Of a DNA stretch of 64,000 nucleotides, positions 29,701-39,924 are shown one piece after another; within the stretch, counting starts at the first letter, position 1; each line of letters opens with the position of its first letter. The notes under the pieces were generated by a model. It was not told where the DNA came from. It saw only the letters and a list, made by a program, of their open reading frames with translations, and ran no database searches. The DNA comes from Candidatus Hydrogenedentota bacterium (lineage in GTDB: Bacteria; Hydrogenedentota; Hydrogenedentia; Hydrogenedentales; SLHB01). The stretch spans positions 1,408,001 through 1,472,000 of the forward strand of contig CAXXYE010000009.1 in the NCBI GenBank assembly GCA_963674865.2. Reading direction: 5' to 3'. The position numbers and the translations under genes were made by a program.

Positions 29701-30223
29701 GGAGACACTTGAGGTGAACCGGGCTCCGGTCCTGACGCTATGGGCGGCCGTAGTGGCTGAACGCATGGGGCATGACTCCCAAACTTCGCTCACTCTGGGA
29801 AAGGCCCTCGCCGGACTCAACGCGCAGAGTAAGGGGCGTAGTCTCGGCTTTTTCGGCCCTCCAAAGACGCGGGAGGGGGAGGAGCCGCAGAAGTCCGGTT
29901 TGGGAGAAGAGTTCTGGATCGACCTGTGCGGGCGTTCCGTTCCCGCTAAGAGCACATCCAACGGTGTACGTGCCGTCGTCAAGGATGAGCCTATCGATCC
30001 GGGCAAAGTGCAGCGCTACCTCGAACAGAAGTTCGGCAAAGATCTACCGCGAGCCCGTGATGCGATGGCGTATCTGGCGAACTCGTTCCCACCGGAAGAT
30101 CTGGCAGGCCGGGCCTACGGCTTCTACGAGGTGTTCCGGCCGAAGACGCCGCCGGGCAAGCGTGGATGGGGCGCGAAAGGCGCTCTTGATCTAGCGCTTA
30201 TTCGTTCGCTTGCCGAAGCGTGA
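29693..30223 (+). CDS. Conserved-looking hypothetical protein
   Basis: VNRAPVLTLWAAVVAER...YEVFRP...GWGAKG; overlaps the upstream stop. Confidence 0.7.
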   Translation: MGEETLEVNRAPVLTLWAAVVAERMGHDSQTSLTLGKALAGLNAQSKGRSLGFFGPPKTREGEEPQKSGLGEEFWIDLCGRSVPAKSTSNGVRAVVKDEPIDPGKVQRYLEQKFGKDLPRARDAMAYLANSFPPEDLAGRAYGFYEVFRPKTPPGKRGWGAKGALDLALIRSLAEA

Positions 30224-30235
30224 TCCGTTGCGCCG

Positions 30236-32989
30236 TCACGGGTGCGGCGCGCTTTCCCCGGTGTGCTTCAACGGCCGAAGCCTTCCCATAAGGCCTGCGG
30301 AGAACTCGACGCCGTGCTTCTGCCCCTGGGCCACGACGGCGCGGACGTCTTCGAGGTCGCCTCGATCCGTGAGTATCAACGCAAGGTTGCGGTAGGCCGC
30401 GCCGTAGCCGGGGTCGATGCCGATGGCCCGTCGCAAAGCCTCGATCCCCTGCTCCTCGCGGCTCAGGCTGATCAACGCGATGCCCAGCCAATTGTATGCC
30501 TCCGGCTCCCCTGGACGCACCTGTGTGGCTTCGAGACACAGCGCGGCGGCTTCCTCGAATCGCTGCTCTTCGAGTAAGTACTTGGCCTGCTCGAGTGTCT
30601 GGGAGTACGGACTAGCCTGGTACGTCCAGAAGCCGGCTTGGCGTACCACGGGCGCCAGGAGATTCTCGACGGGGGCGAGGTCGTCCGTAAGCACCCGGCC
30701 TCCGCTGCGTTGGCGCAGGGCGTCCAAGTCTTGGGGGGAAAGGAGCTTGCCCGTGAAGTTGTAGCGCTGCCGGATGATGTCGGGGATGTCGCCCAACTCG
30801 ATAGGATGCTTGGCGCAAATGACGACGAAGAGGTCGCGTTTTTCGGAAATGGCGTGATTGCTGATGACGCCGACGAAGGGGAACGTCTCCCTGTAGGTGT
30901 TGACGATTGCGCCCAGGAACTTTCCCGAGTCCAGGATATCGATCATATTCAGCATGTAGATGCCGTTCTCGGCGAGCAACTCGTTGAGGGCTTCATTGAA
31001 CTCGCGGGTGGTCAAGTGGTACGGCACGGTGTAGTGGTTGAAGGCGTCTCCCAGAATGCATTCAAAGGACGGAACATCCTCACCGGCGCGCTTTCGACGC
31101 ACCAGATCATCCACGCGATTTCGCGCATCGAGATGAACGATATTGATGGCCGTGTCGCGGGGGAGGCCGAAGGCGTTGTACGCGGCCTCGGTGACGTCCG
31201 GATCGATTTCGGCCACTTCGACGTAGCCATCAGGATAGGCGGCTTCCAGGAACTGCGGGAAGGTATATCCGCCGCCTCCGATTACGAGTGTGTGAAGCAG
31301 GTAGGGGGGCGGAAAACACCTAGCCAGGACGGCCTCATAGATCTGTTCGTAGACATAGCGATGGTGGAGCGGCGCATTCAGGTCGATCTCGCTGTGGATC
31401 ATCTTGTCAATGAACATCTGTCGGAGGGCCGGCCGCTCGGGATTGGGCATGCGCACCGTGATGTAGGCGTATTGGCTTTCGTCCTCGTAGATAGTGCCGG
31501 GAATGCTTCGGTATCGGAGGAAAAGGGCCCGGCCCAGGCCCCTGCCGATTTCTCCCGGGGCAGCCAACGCGAGCAGGGCGACGATGCACACCGCCGCCCA
31601 TAGGCGCGCCCACCTATTGCGCGGAGCGAATGAGAAGCCTACGAATCCTATGAGGACGGTGACGGCACAGGTGAGGCCCATGGCGCCGATGGCCGCGATG
31701 AGGTAGAAGCCGGCCAGAAACGTGCCGAGGATGCTTCCCACAACGTTTGCGGCATACACGATGCCTACGGTTCGCCCCGGGGGGCAGCCTTGGTTCAGGG
31801 CGAGTTTCGCGGCAAGTGGCGTAACGGCCCCCAAGAGGACGGATGGTGCGAAGTAGGCCACGGTTACCATGAGAAGCATCGGCAGTATCGCGGGCGCAGG
31901 CAACTTGGCCAGCAGGGGGGACGTTCCGAGGCAGGTCGCCAGCGCCGGAGCGTCGAGGCAGGCGCCGGAGGCGAGTATGAACACGACGGCGAGAGCTTTC
32001 CCGATGGGAAAGCGGTCGGCTAGGCGTCCGCCGATGTAGCCGCCCAGGGTGAGCCCGGTGAGAACCACGCCAATGACGGTTGTCCAACTGTATAGCGATT
32101 GCCCGAAGAAGCGCGCGGCGACGCGCCCGGCCACCGTCTCGAGCGCCATCACCGAGAAGCCGGCAATGAAGACGGCGGCGATGGATGGGAGCAAAAGGCG
32201 GAGTGTGGTCATCGTCTCAGCCGCCTGGACACCGGCTTTCGGCTGAACGGACGCCACGGGGCGGGCGACACGGGCCGTGTGGGCGATGGCCCGGAAGCCA
32301 TGTAGGATGCCTACAATAGCCAGTCCTCCGGCGGCAAGTCCGAGAATAGCTCTGACGCCAATAATGGCGAGCAGCCAGTAGCCCGTTAAGAAGGTGCCGA
32401 GAATGCTTCCGGCCACGCCGGAGGCGTAGACGCTGCCGATGGTGCGTCCCGTCGCGTAGCCGAGATCGAGGGCCATCTTGGCGACTACGGGACTGATCAT
32501 GCCCAGGAAGGCGGATGGGGCGAAGAATACCAACATTACATGGCAGAAGATCCGTGCCGGCCACGCCAGCCCCCGGAGGACATGCCATTGGCCCACGGGC
32601 GGATTAATGAGCAGTACGCTCAGTGTTCCGAGCGAGGCAAGGATGAAGAGGAGCGGCAGCGCTTTGTGTGGGTCGAACCGATCGGCCAGGCGTCCGCCGA
32701 GGTAGTTGCCCACCGACATTCCGGCGAGGACGATGCCGATGACGGCCGTCCAGGTGTACAGAGATTGGCCCAGGTAGGGAGCGATGGCGCGGCCCGCGAC
32801 TAGCTCGATCACCATAATGCACGCCGCGGATGCGAAAACCGTCGCGTTGGCGGCCAACCAGGCGACGGCATGCGTCGCCTGGTTAGGGGGCGGCACGGGA
32901 TGGCTCGAGCAAGTACCGGCGCTCACGTGATCTACAAGCCTTCGCTTCTCGGCGTTGGTAAGACTCGAAAACCGAGTCTTAGTCCGCAT
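30236..32989 (-). CDS. Fused MFS-like membrane / spermidine-synthase-like methyltransferase domain protein with C-terminal TPRs
   Basis: Two copies of the E..AGR...GQSLY.WT.VIG.VL.G...G.Y.GGRLADRF module; VIGGGGYT, EIDP, DAR, DAF, PYHLTTREF, LTDDLAPVE. Confidence 0.85.
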   Translation of the reverse strand: MRTKTRFSSLTNAEKRRLVDHVSAGTCSSHPVPPPNQATHAVAWLAANATVFASAACIMVIELVAGRAIAPYLGQSLYTWTAVIGIVLAGMSVGNYLGGRLADRFDPHKALPLLFILASLGTLSVLLINPPVGQWHVLRGLAWPARIFCHVMLVFFAPSAFLGMISPVVAKMALDLGYATGRTIGSVYASGVAGSILGTFLTGYWLLAIIGVRAILGLAAGGLAIVGILHGFRAIAHTARVARPVASVQPKAGVQAAETMTTLRLLLPSIAAVFIAGFSVMALETVAGRVAARFFGQSLYSWTTVIGVVLTGLTLGGYIGGRLADRFPIGKALAVVFILASGACLDAPALATCLGTSPLLAKLPAPAILPMLLMVTVAYFAPSVLLGAVTPLAAKLALNQGCPPGRTVGIVYAANVVGSILGTFLAGFYLIAAIGAMGLTCAVTVLIGFVGFSFAPRNRWARLWAAVCIVALLALAAPGEIGRGLGRALFLRYRSIPGTIYEDESQYAYITVRMPNPERPALRQMFIDKMIHSEIDLNAPLHHRYVYEQIYEAVLARCFPPPYLLHTLVIGGGGYTFPQFLEAAYPDGYVEVAEIDPDVTEAAYNAFGLPRDTAINIVHLDARNRVDDLVRRKRAGEDVPSFECILGDAFNHYTVPYHLTTREFNEALNELLAENGIYMLNMIDILDSGKFLGAIVNTYRETFPFVGVISNHAISEKRDLFVVICAKHPIELGDIPDIIRQRYNFTGKLLSPQDLDALRQRSGGRVLTDDLAPVENLLAPVVRQAGFWTYQASPYSQTLEQAKYLLEEQRFEEAAALCLEATQVRPGEPEAYNWLGIALISLSREEQGIEALRRAIGIDPGYGAAYRNLALILTDRGDLEDVRAVVAQGQKHGVEFSAGLMGRLRPLKHTGESAPHP

Positions 32990-33242
32990 GTGTCACAGAC
33001 AGTCCTCTGCGGCCCGCCTTTCTCACATGTTGTTCAATAGAAACGGGCGCGCCGAGGAGGTCGTGAGGCGCTCTGCCGAATTCTCCAACGGCCGGCCTGC
33101 AAGGAAAAACACCCGTTTCACCTAACTTGCGTGCAGTCTCGCTACTCGGTTGTGAGAAAAGCGGACTTGTCAAGAGATATCCTACGGGCAGATCGGTGCG
33201 GAGTCAACCGCCGCTTGTTCCTCCATCGCCCCTATCGGTGCG

Positions 33243-34318
33243 TCAGACTGAGGTGGCGTGTTGACACGTGTATCCGCTGGCCGCCCCCTCGAGGAATTCC
33301 TCAGTGAGTTCCGCCACGTAGACCTGCCCTACGCCCGTCATGTCGGAGTTGAAGAGGACATACTTCAGTTTTGGTGAGATGGCCGGGTGAGGGTGGTCCA
33401 TTGCGGATGCGAGCACGATGCCTGCGGGTCGCAAAGCCACGTGACGGTTCCCGAGGGCAGGTGAAAGAGGTAGAGCCCTTCCCTGGGCCAATTGGTGTCC
33501 GACACGATCCACTGCGCGTCGGCGCTCGGTGATGAATGCCAGTAATAGCGCCCCTCCGTCAAGATGGTGGGCTGCTCATCGCCCTCGCTATAGGTTGCCA
33601 GGGCATGGCCGGGCGGCAGGAGAGTGCCCTGCATGAGGCCCTCCGTGCCGAACCATGTATGATGCGCAAAATTACGGAAGGTGTAGGCTCGGAGGTTCGA
33701 GCCGTCGGCGGCGATGAACTTGGGTTCAGCGCCATCATCCGTCATGGCGTTGAAGTGGAGCGTCGAGCCGTCGGGACTCACGTGCAGGTGATTCTGCATC
33801 TCGCTCTCGAAGATGACTTCAAGGCGGCCGCTGTCGAGGTCCACTCTGAAGAGGCTGGTGCGATTCTCCGCCGTGCGGCAATTCGAGAAATACACCTTTC
33901 CTCCACGATCCACTGTGCCCAACGTGTAGCCGGGTCGCTGCCTCTCCGCGGCGGGCGCCTTTGCGACGGCGTCCTCCTGCAGCGACTCGATGCCGATACG
34001 CCTGACCTCGCCGCCCGTCTGATAGTAGACGGCCTCCCGCTCCGGCGCGACGACGACGCCGTGGATATCATCATATTCCGTCATCTGGACAAGCTCCGTG
34101 CCGTCTGTCCGCGCCCGGAAGAGGTCGAACGGGGCATCGCGGCCGGCGTAGCGCTGCGCCATGAACATGACGTGCTGCTCATTCTTGCTGAAGGCACACA
34201 TCTCGAAGTAGAGATTGGTGCTGATGGTCGGCCCGTGAGTCAGACGCGTGACCTTCAAGCCGGATCGGGAATCGCGCATGATGGCGCGCTCGGGAGCATA
34301 GACGGAGCCTCTTGCCAT
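33243..34318 (-). pseudogene. Oligogalacturonate lyase-like beta-propeller, frameshifted near 33396 (pseudogene or read error)
   Basis: D..SG..VTRLT...NLYF N-terminus. HPQWT continues in another frame as HPHPAISP..KYVLFNSD.TG..QVY; one C is missing in ACC-CAC. Confidence 0.7.
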
Positions 34319-34665
34319 TGGATAACCTCGTGGGGCGCGCGTAACGGCGCTGTTTCGTGAGTCTTGCACCTGGAATGCCGGAGAAGACACCTCTGTTCAC
34401 CGGCAAAACGAGCGCAAGTGTACCATCCGGCCTCGGGGGAGTCTACCTGAGATCGCGGGAGCGTCCCGAACCTGAGCGGCGGCGTGGCGGCTCTTGCGCC
34501 CGATATGGCTGCGGTTGGAAGGTGGCATTCGGCGTCTTCTGCTGCTAGGCTTGTTGCTCGAAGTGATGGGTTTGAGGCAATCGCGCCGGAAGGGAAGGTC
34601 CCTTGAGAACGCGTTCACCGGGATGTCTTGGCTGTAGGCGTCGGGGCGTGGCGCGCTACCTTTGC

Positions 34666-35196
34666 ATGCTCCGGCCGGTGGCGTTGACGGTGCTGGCGGC
34701 CATCGGCTTGGGCTGTGGGACGAGCATCCATGACGAGGTGGCCGCGGGCAATATCGATGAGGTCCGGGCGATGCTCGACAGGTCGCCGGAGCTTGCCAAC
34801 GCCACGGACAGGCTTGGCAAAACGCCGCTGTTCTTCGCCGTTACCTATGGACGGATGGATATGATCGACCTGTTCGTGGAGCGGGGCGCGGATGTCAACG
34901 CGGCGGATAAGACCGGCCTGACGCCGCTTCACGTGGCGGCCATGCTGGGCCGCGGCTACGAAGCTGACAAGTTGGTCGAACTCGGCGCCGACGTGGCGTG
35001 GTGCGACGCGTTCGGCGATACGCCCCTGCACACGGCAGCCATGCACGGCGCCACGCCGATGATCGAGTATCTGCTGTCGCGTAATGCCGATATCGAAGCC
35101 ACGAATAACGAGAGGCTTACGCCCTACGAGCTTGCCGTCAAGCATCGACAGAACGCAGCCGCGTCGCAGTTGAAGGCGTTTGGCGCGAAGTCCTGA
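34666..35196 (+). CDS. Ankyrin-repeat lipoprotein
   Basis: Lipobox GLGC; GKTPLFFA, GLTPLHVA, GDTPLHTA repeats. Confidence 0.9.
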   Translation: MLRPVALTVLAAIGLGCGTSIHDEVAAGNIDEVRAMLDRSPELANATDRLGKTPLFFAVTYGRMDMIDLFVERGADVNAADKTGLTPLHVAAMLGRGYEADKLVELGADVAWCDAFGDTPLHTAAMHGATPMIEYLLSRNADIEATNNERLTPYELAVKHRQNAAASQLKAFGAKS

Positions 35197-35282
35197 TGAG
35201 TATTCCTGAGTTCCCCGCTGATAGGTTTCGATCTCTTCGCTTGTCGGCGGCCGTGCTGCAACTTTCTTGAGGTACCTTCGCA

Positions 35283-36191
35283 GTGCTTTCCACATGTGAA
35301 CGAACCGGCTACGCCCTTGTATTGCTGGCCGTGCTCATTTGGAGTACGGCCGAGGTGACAGTCCGGACAATGACGGGACTTATCACGCCGATCCAGTTGA
35401 ACGTGCTGCGCTTCGGTTTGGGAGGCCTGGCGCTTCTGCTCTACCTCCCCTTTGAGCTGAGACGCAAAGGCCTTAGCACATCGGTGGGCGTCCTGCGCCG
35501 CGCGGCATGGATCGCCTTGATCGGCGTGGTGGCCAGCGGTATGACATTTCAGTACGGCCTTCAATACGCCGGCGCGTCCATTGTCGCCACCGTATTCGGC
35601 GCCGCGCCGATAGCCGTCCTATTGCTCTCGGCGGCGCTCCTCGGTGAACGCATCACGGCGGCCAAGCTGGCGGGCGTATTCGTGGGATTTGCCGGGGTGG
35701 CCGTCCTGGCGTCGAGTGAAGCCTCTGAAACGTTTTCACTCCTGGGACTGGCCTTGGCGGTGGCAGCCATGTTTGCTTTCGCCGCGTTTACTGTTGTGGT
35801 CAAGCGGTTCGCAGGCCCCTTTGCCGGGCTGCCCATCACCACGTACTGCTTCCTGATAGGGGCCGCCATGCTCGTGCCCGGTGTGCTGATCGAAGGTGAT
35901 ACAACGGCGCTTCACTACCTGGATCGGCTCTGGATGCCCGTGCTGTACCTGGCCATCGGCAACACGGGCCTCGCGTACTTGCTCTATTTCGTGGGACTCG
36001 AGCATCTGGAGGCCAGCCGCGGCGTGAGTCTCATGCTTCTCAAACCGCCCTTGGCCGTCCTGCTCGCCGCCGCATGGCTCGGAGAGCCCATTGGATGGCG
36101 TCTTCTCGTGGCCCTTGTGCTGATACTCAGCGGATTGTACCTGGTTGTTCTAAGGAACCATTCCACCGCACCGGTTTCTCAGGAAACGTAG
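35283..36191 (+). CDS. EamA/DMT family transporter
   Basis: About 10 TM segments; LIWST, RF, LLGER, LGEP. Confidence 0.9.
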   Translation: MLSTCERTGYALVLLAVLIWSTAEVTVRTMTGLITPIQLNVLRFGLGGLALLLYLPFELRRKGLSTSVGVLRRAAWIALIGVVASGMTFQYGLQYAGASIVATVFGAAPIAVLLLSAALLGERITAAKLAGVFVGFAGVAVLASSEASETFSLLGLALAVAAMFAFAAFTVVVKRFAGPFAGLPITTYCFLIGAAMLVPGVLIEGDTTALHYLDRLWMPVLYLAIGNTGLAYLLYFVGLEHLEASRGVSLMLLKPPLAVLLAAAWLGEPIGWRLLVALVLILSGLYLVVLRNHSTAPVSQET

Positions 36192-36213
36192 CTTGGACTG
36201 CGGGATAGTCTAC

Positions 36214-37596
36214 TCATTCCGGATCAGGTTCCTCTCGCCCCCGCCAGACGACGTCGAGCCGTCGAGGATCATGCCTCCCGCCGTCGTCGACGCAGTTTCG
36301 CCCGACGCCGTACAGTGTGAAGCTCTCTTCCGAAGGCTTGTAGCGGTAAGATGAGCCGGTGAATGGATCCGTCGGCACTTTCCCTCCGAGATCCACGGCG
36401 ATCGCGTCGAGCGAGTCGGGATACCTTCCATGTTCCGCGACGTACCGCTCAATGAGTAGTCCCATCCGCATGATGTCGATGCCCGTCTCGTGAAGTGCTT
36501 GCGCCTGCGCGGCACGCGGCAAAGCCGCAACCATGAAGCACGTCATGGGCCGCATGAAAGGGGAGGCCGCAGCCTCCTGCTCGACCTCTTCCAGCGCGTC
36601 TGCTATCGCCGTATAGGGCAAATCGGCCAGCTCGATGTAGCGGCTCATCGCGTTAGCGAACGCGCACTCATCCGTGTTTCGCCAAGCCAGTGCGACGGGG
36701 CTGCCGTAGATGCGCAGGAGAGCCGGGGGCATAGGTTGGGAGTCGGCGGAAGACCAATACATGTTATCTCGGTGCGCCGAGTCGAAGAACGCGAGTCCCA
36801 TTTCCGCTTCACCTGCCAGACTCCGCGCGAAATCCCGGCGATGACCTGCCTGGCTCAACTGGGCGACGAGCCGCTCGACATCCTTCGGCGAGAGTGTTCC
36901 AGGAGGCATCGTGTCGCGGAGCGTGTCCTGTGCCAGCCGGTAGCATGCCATGCGCACAAGCTGAGAGATGAGGCTTGGATCGGGCGCGAGGGCGTCTCCC
37001 AGTTGCATCTGCGCAAGGATGTCGTCGGCCAAGTGAGAGGAATCGCCTGTGCGGGCGCTGACGATAGCCGACGCGGCAAGCAGGCGGGCCAGATCACGGA
37101 TCGCGCCGACGTGATCCAGTTCGAGTTCGAAGCCCTTACTCAGATCGAGGATAGCCACCGGCCCGCCTCGCTGAGCCATACGACGCGCCGCGGCAATGAG
37201 GTCGCTATTGACGGCCACGATGTCCCGCGCAAGAAGCCATCTGGCCTCTTTCCAGGTTTCCGGATTGGCCGCCAGGAACTGGCCGACATCATCCCATTTT
37301 GCATTATCCGCCAAGCGCGCATCGTACATCGCGAGCAGGCCTTGCCAGGCGGCCAAGCCGGCCCCCTGTCCCGCGATGCCGCCGTGTGGCTCCACGGCCT
37401 GCTGCGTATCCGCGGCCTGCGCAGATGCTGGCTCTGTCTCCTCGGCAGGGGGCGCGCCAAGGTGATGCGCAATTTGCACTTGCAGATGCTCGACGGCCGC
37501 ACCGCGTCTTGCCGAGATGAGTCCCTGAATGGCGACAAATGCTCCCAGGAGGACGGCCGCCACAGCGGCGCATATCCACGCAAAACGCTTCATCAT
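36214..37596 (-). CDS. Membrane-anchored hypothetical protein with a GspG-like C-terminal motif
   Basis: N-terminal TM; HGRYPDSLD...PTDPFTG..YRY...LYGVG.N.VDDGG. Confidence 0.6.
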   Translation of the reverse strand: MMKRFAWICAAVAAVLLGAFVAIQGLISARRGAAVEHLQVQIAHHLGAPPAEETEPASAQAADTQQAVEPHGGIAGQGAGLAAWQGLLAMYDARLADNAKWDDVGQFLAANPETWKEARWLLARDIVAVNSDLIAAARRMAQRGGPVAILDLSKGFELELDHVGAIRDLARLLAASAIVSARTGDSSHLADDILAQMQLGDALAPDPSLISQLVRMACYRLAQDTLRDTMPPGTLSPKDVERLVAQLSQAGHRRDFARSLAGEAEMGLAFFDSAHRDNMYWSSADSQPMPPALLRIYGSPVALAWRNTDECAFANAMSRYIELADLPYTAIADALEEVEQEAAASPFMRPMTCFMVAALPRAAQAQALHETGIDIMRMGLLIERYVAEHGRYPDSLDAIAVDLGGKVPTDPFTGSSYRYKPSEESFTLYGVGRNCVDDGGRHDPRRLDVVWRGREEPDPE

Positions 37597-37731
37597 CTCT
37601 TTTCCCCTCCGAAGAGTGTCCCAGAGCGTCCAGGGCCCGAGGCGTGTTCACTCCCATCTACACTATGGGCGGCTTGCGCGAAGCCGATCACTTGGCTGTT
37701 TGGCCATGCCCAAGCGACGCGCAGCGCAGGA

Positions 37732-39924
37732 TTACGCACTCGCGCCGCTGGGCGCCCTTCGGCCGGGGCCGCGTAACCGCTCAGCCAGCCTCGTGTTCCT
37801 CTGGACGACCTTCGTGTTGCGTACCGCGAGTCCGACGGCTTTGCGGTCGCCGATGATGATGACGAGCCGCTTGCCGCGGGTGATCGCAGTGTAGAGCACA
37901 TTACGCTGGAGCATCATGTAGTGCTGTTTCACGAGGGGAATGACCACGGCGAGGTACTCGCTTCCCTGGGACTTGTGAACGGTGGCTGCGTAGGCCAACG
38001 CGAGTTCGTCGAGGCTATCGAATGGATACAGGACGGCGCGGTCGTCAAATTGAACCTGTACTTCCTTGGCTTCCGTGTCCACCAGCGTGACAACGCCCAC
38101 GTCGCCGTTATATACGTCCAGATCGTAGTTATTGCGCAACTGCATGACCTTGTCCCGAACACGGAAGTTGCGTCCGGGAATGGGCTCGCCGTCGGCGTTG
38201 AGGGCCTGCTGGAGGACCTCGTTCAGATTGGCGACACCGGCTTCGCCCCGATGCATGGGCGCCAGAACCTGTACCTCTTCGAAAGGATTCAGGCCGAATC
38301 GCTTGGGAATGCGGTTGGTAACGACCTCCACCACGGTTGCCGCGGTTTCCGCGGGATCCTTACGCTCGATGAAGAAGAAGTCCTCGGTGTTGAATGCAGG
38401 GAACTCACCGCCGTTGATCCGGTGGGCGTTGCTGATGATGCCGCTTTCCGCCGCCTGCCGGAACACGGTTTTCAGCCAGACCACCGGCAGGACGTTACTC
38501 GATATGACATCCATCAGCACGTTCCCAGGCCCGACGGAGGGCAACTGATCGACGTCCCCCACAAGGAAGAGGCGGGCGTGAGGAGGCACGGCCTTGAGTA
38601 GGTTCTGCATGAGGTAGACGTCGATCATCGACGCCTCGTCGATGATCACCATGTCGGCATCGAGGGGACGGTTCGCATCCCGAGTGAACCGGTTGTCCAG
38701 TGGGCTGAACTCGAGCAGGCGGTGGATCGTGCGTGCCTCGTGTCCCGTCGCGGCTTCCATCCGCTTGGCGGCGCGGCCCGTCGGGGCGGCAAGCTCAATG
38801 GCAAGTCCCTTCTTCTCGAAGATCGCGATGAGGCTGTTGATGACGGTGGTCTTGCCTGTGCCCGGCCCCCCAGTAATCACCATGGCCTTTGCTTCGGCGG
38901 CTGTCCGGAGCACCTGGCGCTGCTCGTCGGAAAGGCGGATGGCGTGCCGGCGTTCGACCCATTGAATGGCCCGCTCGGCGGCGATAGTCACGCCTCCTCC
39001 AGGCGTTCGCAGAAGGCCTTGCAGCAGTTGGGCGCACTCGGTTTCGGCCATGTACATGTTGCGGAGAAAGATGCGTTCGTCCTCGCGGACAATCTGCCGC
39101 GTGCACGCCAACGCCGTGAGCGCCGGCGCAATGTGCTCGGGAGCCACCCCCAATAGCGCGCGGGCCGCCGCAATCAAATCCGTCTCAGGCAGAAAGACGT
39201 GCCCGTCTGAGCCCGCTTGCTCAAGGGCGTAAAGTGCGCCCGCCTCGATTCGCTTGGGATGATCCTTCTCGATCCCAAGGTTGGCAGCGATGCGATCGGC
39301 GGTCTTGAACGCCACGCCGGCGATATCCTGGGCCAGTTTGTAGGGATCTTCACGCAGAACGGCGGCGGTGGATTCGCCGTAGTGCTTCTGTATCTTCACG
39401 GCAAGCGAAGGGCTGATGCCGTGCCCTTGCAGGAATAGCATGAGGGATCGCTGCCCCTGTTGAGCGGCCCAGGCCTCGCAAATCTGTTTGGCGCGCTTCT
39501 TGCCGATGCCGGGAACGGAGCGCAGACGTTTTGGTTCTTCGCCGATCACGCGCAGCGTTTCGACGCCGAAAGCTTCGACGAGCCGTTTGGCGTATACGGG
39601 CCCGATGCCTTCGATCAGGCCGGAGCCGAGGTACTTCTCGATCCCTTGCACGGTGTTGGGAAGCAGCGTCTCGTAACGCTCGATGCGCAATTGGCGGCCG
39701 AAGCGCTTGTCGTCCACCCAACGGCCCCAAACGCGGACGGTTTCGCCGGGCGACACGGCCATCACGTTGCCCACGCACGTTACCTCCGCGCCCGCTTTAT
39801 CGTCGCGCAGCCGTCCAACGAAGAAGCCCGTGTCGGGACTCTCGTAAACGATCCGCTCGAGCACGCCGTCTATTCGCTCGAGTTCTTCCGCTTCACGCAT
39901 CCCCGGAAGTTGATCGGCCGACAT
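37732..39924 (-). CDS. recD2: RecD2-like ATP-dependent DNA helicase
   Basis: HhH GIGP/GIG motifs, TGGPGTGKTT, APTGRAAKR, DEASM, GDVDQLPSVG, TVHKSQGSE, YTAITR. Confidence 0.95.
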   Translation of the reverse strand: MSADQLPGMREAEELERIDGVLERIVYESPDTGFFVGRLRDDKAGAEVTCVGNVMAVSPGETVRVWGRWVDDKRFGRQLRIERYETLLPNTVQGIEKYLGSGLIEGIGPVYAKRLVEAFGVETLRVIGEEPKRLRSVPGIGKKRAKQICEAWAAQQGQRSLMLFLQGHGISPSLAVKIQKHYGESTAAVLREDPYKLAQDIAGVAFKTADRIAANLGIEKDHPKRIEAGALYALEQAGSDGHVFLPETDLIAAARALLGVAPEHIAPALTALACTRQIVREDERIFLRNMYMAETECAQLLQGLLRTPGGGVTIAAERAIQWVERRHAIRLSDEQRQVLRTAAEAKAMVITGGPGTGKTTVINSLIAIFEKKGLAIELAAPTGRAAKRMEAATGHEARTIHRLLEFSPLDNRFTRDANRPLDADMVIIDEASMIDVYLMQNLLKAVPPHARLFLVGDVDQLPSVGPGNVLMDVISSNVLPVVWLKTVFRQAAESGIISNAHRINGGEFPAFNTEDFFFIERKDPAETAATVVEVVTNRIPKRFGLNPFEEVQVLAPMHRGEAGVANLNEVLQQALNADGEPIPGRNFRVRDKVMQLRNNYDLDVYNGDVGVVTLVDTEAKEVQVQFDDRAVLYPFDSLDELALAYAATVHKSQGSEYLAVVIPLVKQHYMMLQRNVLYTAITRGKRLVIIIGDRKAVGLAVRNTKVVQRNTRLAERLRGPGRRAPSGASA

